In this document: piece by piece, positions 57,615 to 64,000 of the stretch | Numbering within the stretch: position 1 is the first letter of the stretch | Layout: each line of letters begins with the position of its first letter | Translations under genes and position numbers: made by a program | The notes under the pieces: generated by a model | The model's input: the letters and a program-made list of their open reading frames with translations, nothing else | Told to the model about the DNA's origin: nothing | The model's database searches: none | From: an uncultured Nitrospiraceae bacterium | Lineage (GTDB): Bacteria > Nitrospirota > UBA9217 | Assembly: GCA_964586075.1 (NCBI GenBank) | Contig: CAZPGZ010000007.1 | Location: forward strand, 33,597-97,596 | Direction of reading: 5' to 3' | Length of the DNA: 64,000 bases

Positions 57615-58568
57615 CTATTTTTTCAGTAAAATAAAAGCTCCTGTCGCCAGCAGATTAAGCAGGGATACCGGCAGCATCACTTTCCAGCCGAATGACATGA
57701 GCTGGTCATATCGGGGACGGGGAAGCGACGCACGCAGCAGAATAAACAGACAGATAAACGCGAATGTTTTGATCGCAAACCATATGATGGGAGGAAGCAA
57801 GGGCCCCATCCATCCGCCGAAAAACAGGGTTACGGTGAGGGCCGAAATGAGTGTGATGCCGAGATATTCCCCCACGAAAAACATGCCGAATTTCATGCCC
57901 GAGTATTCAGAATGGAATCCCGCCACCAGTTCGCTTTCTGCTTCCGGCAGATCAAACGGCAGCCGGTGAGTTTCCGCGATTCCCGCTATGAAGAACACGA
58001 TGAAACCGAGAAACTGGGGAACGATAAACCACAGATGCCGCTGGGCTTCAACAATCTCCCGCAAATTAAACGAACCTGCCTGCATCACGACGCCCATGAG
58101 TGAGAGACCCATGAATACTTCGTAACTCAGCATCTGCGCCGAGGCCCGCAGACCGCCCAGAAGAGAATATTTGCTGTCGGAGGCCCAGCCGGCGAGCGCG
58201 ACGCTGTATACGCCAAGCGACGACATCGCCAGAACAAACAACAGGCCTATATTCAGATTTACGACTTCCATCACGGGGGTGAAGGGAATGACCGCGAAGG
58301 ACATGAGCACAACGACTACAATAACGGCCGGTGCAATAATGAAGACGGGTTTGTCGGCGAAAGGTGGTATCCAGTCTTCTTTGGCAAACACCTTGATCAT
58401 GTCCGCAAGGACCTGCAGAAGGCCGAGCGGGCCTACGCGGTTCGGTCCGTACCGATCCTGCCACAGCGCGAGAAGTCTGCGCTCCAGCCAGATTAATCCT
58501 CCTCCTATTGTGAGAACTGCGAAGAGTATGGTGAAAAGGATGAGGAGATGTCGAACAGTATTGGTCAT
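57615..58568 (-). CDS. nuoH: NADH-quinone oxidoreductase subunit H
   Basis: [23 protein letters not shown]...[30 protein letters not shown]. Confidence 0.96.
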   Translation of the reverse strand: MTNTVRHLLILFTILFAVLTIGGGLIWLERRLLALWQDRYGPNRVGPLGLLQVLADMIKVFAKEDWIPPFADKPVFIIAPAVIVVVVLMSFAVIPFTPVMEVVNLNIGLLFVLAMSSLGVYSVALAGWASDSKYSLLGGLRASAQMLSYEVFMGLSLMGVVMQAGSFNLREIVEAQRHLWFIVPQFLGFIVFFIAGIAETHRLPFDLPEAESELVAGFHSEYSGMKFGMFFVGEYLGITLISALTVTLFFGGWMGPLLPPIIWFAIKTFAFICLFILLRASLPRPRYDQLMSFGWKVMLPVSLLNLLATGAFILLKK

Positions 58569-61276
58569 GGCTTTAATTTTTCTATGACGGCATATAAAGC
58601 GGCAGTCGTTTGAGCGGTTGCGTACAGCCTCGCGGGCATCCCGGCAGTTCCTGCCGGTACTGTGCTCGACAACGCAACGGTCAGTTGCATCGGCGATCCG
58701 CCCATGGTCAGTTCGACTGTTTCATTTTGTACAACGCCGATTCGTAAAGCATCGGCAGGGTTTAACAAACAGCACGGCGCAGCAGCACGCATCGCTATGT
58801 CCGGGGAGAGCATGCTTAACTCTTCCGAACCGTAAATGTGGTGCAAAGGGAATACCAGCCACGCGTCTTGTTTCGATTTAAACGCATCCGGGACATTTTT
58901 GAAATACGGTGCCGTTTTACCGGCAGGTTCTATCAAACGCATGCCCGGATCGCCGCCGTAAAGCGTCCCGCCGACTTCCTGCTGGAACTTGTTCAACGCC
59001 TGGACTGAATTCCAACCCGGAGACCAGTACCGGGAGATCAGCGAAGCCGGCGGCCTGCCGTCATATCCCTCCATGGAAAAGGAGAGGGGCGTATCAGGGT
59101 CTTCCGGAGGTTTTGGTTCATGTACATCTCTGTTCGCCATGATCGCGGTGCGTCCGCTGTAGCGATGGGGCTGGCGCGGTATTTTTGCCCCTGCTATACG
59201 AAAATCGGCGGGAGGTGCAATGGCTCGCACCGGCGTTAATATCGGCACCACATCGGTCATATCGCGGACAATATTATCCAGCGTGGTCCAAGAAAGGCTT
59301 CCTAAACGCTCAGATGCCGTCAGTATATCACGAATCCACTTCCAACTGTCCTGAATATTTTCGCCGGGTTTGAAAACCTGATAAAAGCGCTGTGCGCGGC
59401 CTTCATTATTTACAAACGTACCGTCTGATTCCGCGCAGGTGGCTCCCGGCAGCAGTACTTCAGCCTTGGATGCCGTCTGATTCAGAAATGCATCGATAAC
59501 AATGACGTGTTCGGTTCCGTCAAAAAAGTCAGAAACAGCTTTTTTGCCCGTTCTTTGATATAGGTCGTTTTCAAGAATGAAAACAGCGTCAATCTTGTTG
59601 TAACGGGTTGCGCTTAATGCTTCTTCCAGACTTCTGTCGGCCAGCAAACATACTCCCATACTGTTGCATTCGGGGAGCGTATAAAAAAGGCCAGCAGGTC
59701 TTCCTGCTTTACACAAAGCCCCTGCGATGTTTGCGGCCGCCTGAATTATTTCTTTATTATTGAGGCTTGTACCTGAAATAATGAGCGGTTTCTGGGCCTG
59801 TTTAAGCGTTTCTGCTATTTCTTTTGCAAGAGCGAGTACATCGCCCTGCAGTCCGGATACGGAAGGGCTACCGGCATCCAGTTCATGCGCAACGGCAAAT
59901 CCAAGGCGCGCAATATCATCCGGAGCGGCATGGTGTGTTTTTGTCGCAAGATCATCAAGTTTGGTGCCGGTTGCCGTTGCGAGATAGAGCGGTCCCGTTT
60001 CGTCCTGCATGATGGTGCGGAGAGCGCCGTCATCCCAGGCAGGGATGTTCAGAGTGTTGAGGGATGATTTTGGTTTGTTTCGTGCGGCCTGTCGTAACGC
60101 CAAATCAAGCAGGGGGGCTGTATTCGTAACGTCTTCTCCAAGGACAAGTACAGCGTCCGCTGATTCTATTTCGTGCAGAGACGGCGACCGCGCCGGTCCT
60201 TTCTGGAGGATATTAATAATCAGGGATACAAGGCGATGCTCCCGGATTGCCATTCCAGAATAAAAATTATTTTTCCCGACAAGCGACAAAAGCGCGAAAT
60301 TTGATTCGAGTGATGCGCGGGGCGACCCTATGCCGATGATGTTTTTGCTCCCTGACAGGACATCGCAGATATGGTCGAGCGCGGTTGTTTTGTCAACGGG
60401 TTGAGCCTCTTTTCCATCGGCGGCATACAATGGAGTGCTGACGCGATGAACGTTGTTTACGAATTCATACCCGAACCGCCCCCGGTCGCAGAGAAAATAG
60501 CCATTGACCGCATGATTATATCGGTTCAAAATTCTGCGGATCGTGCCATACCGCTCCCCGGGAATTGTGTTGCAGCCGAGGCCACAGTGGACGCAAACAG
60601 AGGGGGCGGTCTGCAGATCCCATTTACGCGCGTAGTGGCGCTTGAAAGTCTTGTCGGTAAACACTCCGGTAGGGCAGATTTCAACCAGATTGCCGCTGAA
60701 TTCACTTTCGAGCGTGCCGTCTTCATGTCGTCCGAAATAGACGGAATCATGCGATGAAAGAGCGGTGAGATCCCGCCCGCCGGCATGGTCGCGGTAGAAT
60801 CTGACACACCGATAGCAGGCTATGCAACGGTTCATTTCATGGTTCACAAATGGGCCAAGCTCCTGGTTTCGGTGCGTTCGCTTTCTGAACCGTGTTCTCC
60901 GATAGGTATGGCCGGTCATGATCGTCATGTCCTGAAGATGGCATTCGCCGCCTTCATCACACACGGGACAGTCGTGCGGATGGTTGAGCATGAACCATTC
61001 TATGACGGAACTTCGGAATTTTTTTGCTTCAGGATCATCAATGGAAATACGCATGCCCCCGGTGACCGGCGTCATGCAGGACATGACAATTTTGCCGCGG
61101 GTGTCTTTTTCATCTTTGAAGAGTTTCACCGCACATTGACGACAGGCACCCACGGAGTGCAATGCAGGATGCCAGCAGAAGTAGGGAAGGTTAAATCCGA
61201 GCGTGAGACAGGCGTTCAGAAGGTTCTGGTCTTCCCTGACCTGATAGGGCTTGTTATGGATAAAAATAGTGATCAT
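58565..61276 (-). CDS. nuoG: NADH-quinone oxidoreductase subunit G (long form with N7 cluster)
   Basis: PYFCWHP...[35 protein letters not shown]7 motif CVHCGLGC...[10 protein letters not shown]. Confidence 0.96.
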   Translation of the reverse strand: MITIFIHNKPYQVREDQNLLNACLTLGFNLPYFCWHPALHSVGACRQCAVKLFKDEKDTRGKIVMSCMTPVTGGMRISIDDPEAKKFRSSVIEWFMLNHPHDCPVCDEGGECHLQDMTIMTGHTYRRTRFRKRTHRNQELGPFVNHEMNRCIACYRCVRFYRDHAGGRDLTALSSHDSVYFGRHEDGTLESEFSGNLVEICPTGVFTDKTFKRHYARKWDLQTAPSVCVHCGLGCNTIPGERYGTIRRILNRYNHAVNGYFLCDRGRFGYEFVNNVHRVSTPLYAADGKEAQPVDKTTALDHICDVLSGSKNIIGIGSPRASLESNFALLSLVGKNNFYSGMAIREHRLVSLIINILQKGPARSPSLHEIESADAVLVLGEDVTNTAPLLDLALRQAARNKPKSSLNTLNIPAWDDGALRTIMQDETGPLYLATATGTKLDDLATKTHHAAPDDIARLGFAVAHELDAGSPSVSGLQGDVLALAKEIAETLKQAQKPLIISGTSLNNKEIIQAAANIAGALCKAGRPAGLFYTLPECNSMGVCLLADRSLEEALSATRYNKIDAVFILENDLYQRTGKKAVSDFFDGTEHVIVIDAFLNQTASKAEVLLPGATCAESDGTFVNNEGRAQRFYQVFKPGENIQDSWKWIRDILTASERLGSLSWTTLDNIVRDMTDVVPILTPVRAIAPPADFRIAGAKIPRQPHRYSGRTAIMANRDVHEPKPPEDPDTPLSFSMEGYDGRPPASLISRYWSPGWNSVQALNKFQQEVGGTLYGGDPGMRLIEPAGKTAPYFKNVPDAFKSKQDAWLVFPLHHIYGSEELSMLSPDIAMRAAAPCCLLNPADALRIGVVQNETVELTMGGSPMQLTVALSSTVPAGTAGMPARLYATAQTTAALYAVIEKLKP

Positions 61277-61293
61277 GTAGGTTCAATAATGTG

Positions 61294-62565
61294 TTATTTC
61301 CTGGGACATCCTCGTTCGTGTATATGCCGCTCAAAGTCTTCCCGAAAGTATTGCAATGCGCTTTGAAGCGGTTCAACCGCGCCGGGCGCCAGTGCGCAGA
61401 AGGTGTTTCCCGGCCCAAGCAAGGCGCAGTGATCAGCGAGCATTTGCATATCAGCAGCCCTGCCTGTGCCTTCTTCGAACGATTCCAGTATTTTTTTGAC
61501 CAGCGGCAGTCCTTCGCGGCACGGCGTGCACCAGCCGCATGATTCTCGGGCAAAGAAACTGATCAGGTTGTGCGCGAACCCGACCGGACAGGTTTTGTCA
61601 TCAAGGATGACCATGGTTCCTGTACCGAGCCGGCTTCCAGCTTTCATGACGGAATCGAAGTTCATTGTTATATCGAGATGTTCACTGGTGAGAAAATCGG
61701 TTGAAGCGCCGCCGGGAAGCAGGCCCCGGAGCGCATGGCCGTCCTGCATGCCGCCTGCGTGATCTTCCAGAATTTCACGGATCGTCGTGCCCATGGGCAG
61801 CTCCCACAGGCCGGGCCTTTTTACTCTGCCGCTTGCTCCAAACAATTTCGTCCCGCTGTCAGGACTTTTGCTCAGTGACTTGAACCAGTCGGCACCGTTT
61901 TTGAGAATGTGCGGTATGCAGGAAACGGTTTCCACGTTATTCACGATTGTCGGTTTGCCGAAAAGGCCGGCGACCTGCGGGAAGGGTGGTTTCGCGCGGG
62001 GTGTGGCGCGTCTACCTTCCAACGCATTCAAAAGTCCGGTTTCTTCACCGCAAATATACCGTCCTGCGCTGGCGTGAATGCGCATATCAAGGCTGTAGCC
62101 GGAACCGAAAATGCTCTCGCCGAGATACTTGCTGGCATATGCTTCGGCGACGGATTTTTGCAGCAACCGAACTGCACGTTTGTATTCCCACCGTACAAAA
62201 ATGATTACGTGAGAGGCTTCAATGGCATAGGCGCTCGCAATGGCGCCCTCAATGACCTGATGAGGATTGCCTTCGAGCAGGAACCGGTCTTTAAACGTGC
62301 CTGGCTCCATTTCGTCTGCATTCACGACAAGGTATTTGGGACGCCGTGCCTTCGGTCCCATCGGAATAAAACTCCATTTCTGTCCGGTGGGAAAGCCTGC
62401 CCCGCCCCGTCCTCGCAGGTTTGACGCTTTCACAACAGCCTGGACTTCCTGCGGAGTCATCGTGAGCGCTTTTCGAGCAGCCTGGTATCCGCCTGTTGAT
62501 TCGTATTCCCGAAGCGAGAGCGGTACAGCGTCAGGCCGAATATGTTCTGTGAGCGGTCGTTCCAT
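61294..62565 (-). CDS. nuoF: NADH-quinone oxidoreductase subunit F
   Basis: LRGRGGAGFPTG.KW, NADEMEPGTFKDR, YICGEETGL, ESCGWCTPCREG, TFCALAPGA. Confidence 0.96.
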   Translation of the reverse strand: MERPLTEHIRPDAVPLSLREYESTGGYQAARKALTMTPQEVQAVVKASNLRGRGGAGFPTGQKWSFIPMGPKARRPKYLVVNADEMEPGTFKDRFLLEGNPHQVIEGAIASAYAIEASHVIIFVRWEYKRAVRLLQKSVAEAYASKYLGESIFGSGYSLDMRIHASAGRYICGEETGLLNALEGRRATPRAKPPFPQVAGLFGKPTIVNNVETVSCIPHILKNGADWFKSLSKSPDSGTKLFGASGRVKRPGLWELPMGTTIREILEDHAGGMQDGHALRGLLPGGASTDFLTSEHLDITMNFDSVMKAGSRLGTGTMVILDDKTCPVGFAHNLISFFARESCGWCTPCREGLPLVKKILESFEEGTGRAADMQMLADHCALLGPGNTFCALAPGAVEPLQSALQYFREDFERHIHERGCPRK

Positions 62566-62635
62566 AATGGTATGCAGCGAAAAAAACGGCGTAGAATCGT
62601 GACGGATTTCAGTGAGCGCAGTTCAAATCCGCCCG

Positions 62636-63100
62636 TTATTCATAGGTTGACAATATTTTTTCGATCATTGCCGGCGTTACCGGGCCGTACAAATCGTCAT
62701 CAATCATCATTGCCGGTGCACGGTCGCACGCTCCCAAACAGGCGACCGGAAGCAGCGTGAACTGTTTGTTTGGCGTCGTTTCTCCAAGGCCGATGCCGAT
62801 TTTTTCTTTTATCGAGTCCAGAAGAGGATTATATCCCATGATCCAGCAACTGACGCTGTCGCAGATGAGGATTACATGTTTGCCCACGGGTTTTCTGAAA
62901 ATGAAGTTGTAAAATGTAGCCACCGAATCGAGTTCATGTGCCGTCATGTCAAGCATCGCGGCAACATCTTTGATCGATTCATCAGACACCCATCCACGAT
63001 GCCGCTGTACAATACTCAGCGCTTCAAGGGAAGCCGATGCCTTTGTCGGAAGGTGTTGCAACTCCGCTATAATTTCCTGTTGTTCTTGTTTACTTAACAT
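62636..63100 (-). CDS. nuoE: NADH-quinone oxidoreductase subunit E
   Basis: VATFY, CDSVSC, CLGACDRAP.MMID. Confidence 0.95.
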   Translation of the reverse strand: MLSKQEQQEIIAELQHLPTKASASLEALSIVQRHRGWVSDESIKDVAAMLDMTAHELDSVATFYNFIFRKPVGKHVILICDSVSCWIMGYNPLLDSIKEKIGIGLGETTPNKQFTLLPVACLGACDRAPAMMIDDDLYGPVTPAMIEKILSTYE

Positions 63101-63154
63101 GGTTATCTCTGCCTAGCTGGAAAAACGGTGACTCGGAGATGTATCATTCAAACG

Positions 63155-64000
63155 TTATCTGTCTATGTCTGCCAGGATGAAATCAATGCTTCCCAAAATC
63201 GCCATGAGGTCGGCAATCATCCGTCCTTTGCTCATTTTCGGCACCATCTGCATATGCGCAAACGAGGGGGTGCGGATGCGTGTCCGGTAGGAGGTTGTAC
63301 TCCCATCGCTGATCAAATAATAGCCGTTGTTACCTTTGGTCGCTTCTATTCCGAGAAAAGATTCACCCGGCGGTATGACCGGTCCCCAGCTTACGCTCAA
63401 AAAATGGTTGATGAGGGTTTCGATATCATGCATGGTGCGTTCTTTCGAAGGCGGTGTTGTCAGCGGGTGATCAGATTTGTAAGGCCCTGCCGGCATATTG
63501 TTCACGCATTGTTCTACAATGCGCAGGCTTTGGCGTATTTCTTCAATTCGCACGACGGCCCGGTCATAGCAGTCCCCGTGGACCGCCGTCGGAACGTCAA
63601 ATGCAAACTGGTCATAACCTGAATAGGGGCGTTTTTTTCTGAAGTCCCAATCGAACCCGCAGGCACGGAGCCCCGGACCGGTTATGCCCCATTCTATGGC
63701 ATCTGCGGCGGTGTATTTGCCCACGCCAATGGTGCGCGCCTTGAATATTCTGTTCTGCATGACGATTGCATCGTATTCTTTCAAGCGGGGTGGCAGGTAT
63801 TTGAGGAAAGACTTTATACTGACATCCCAGTTTTTGGGGAGATCATGTGCCACGCCGCCGATTCTGAACCATGCCGGGTGCATGCGGCCGCCGCAGATGG
63901 CTTCTATAATGTCAAAGACGCGTTCTCGGTCCGTGAACATGTAGAAAACAGGTGAAAGCGAACCTACATCCTGGGCAAAGGTGCCGTACCAAACGAGATG
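63155..64000 (-). CDS. nuoD: NADH-quinone oxidoreductase subunit D (probably fused C/D), 5'-truncated by window edge
   Basis: Frame is open to base 64000 ([26 protein letters not shown]); [44 protein letters not shown]. Wording matches the E. coli NuoCD type. Confidence 0.93.
   Translation of the reverse strand, partial: HLVWYGTFAQDVGSLSPVFYMFTDRERVFDIIEAICGGRMHPAWFRIGGVAHDLPKNWDVSIKSFLKYLPPRLKEYDAIVMQNRIFKARTIGVGKYTAADAIEWGITGPGLRACGFDWDFRKKRPYSGYDQFAFDVPTAVHGDCYDRAVVRIEEIRQSLRIVEQCVNNMPAGPYKSDHPLTTPPSKERTMHDIETLINHFLSVSWGPVIPPGESFLGIEATKGNNGYYLISDGSTTSYRTRIRTPSFAHMQMVPKMSKGRMIADLMAILGSIDFILADIDR

Noticed and set aside
1-64000. CRISPR array, IS/transposase, integrase or prophage
   Set aside because: No regularly spaced repeats, no transposase/integrase/phage-like ORFs and no terminal inverted repeats were seen.

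Overview
Gene-dense bacterial chromosomal segment of roughly mid GC. Gene content and synteny (TPR-roadblock-aroQ-M24 peptidase-efp-accB-accC-thiE; a ~600-aa conserved hypothetical before lptFG; transglutaminase-ABC trio) point to a Nitrospirota/Desulfobacterota-like organism; this is inference. Contents: partial purF, tRNA-Phe(GAA), ~55 CDS for housekeeping, envelope and metal-transport functions, smc, and the 3' part of an E. coli-type complex I operon (nuo(C)D-N). I saw no CRISPR array, transposase, integrase or prophage. Most notable: (1) an MglC-like roadblock protein in its own bicistron with a TPR/acidic scaffold; (2) an orphan rnfD with an eroded N-terminal half but an intact flavinylation motif, upstream of gcvH-lpdA; (3) a transglutaminase-like protease plus ABC exporter operon; (4) an uncharacterised 606-aa protein heading an lptFG operon; (5) a tandem NrdR-like box upstream of smc; (6) an MgtE cytosolic module paired with an NRAMP-related Mg2+ transporter; (7) operator-like palindromes, a leaderless queC and internal terminators. 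All family assignments come from motif recognition; no database search was run.
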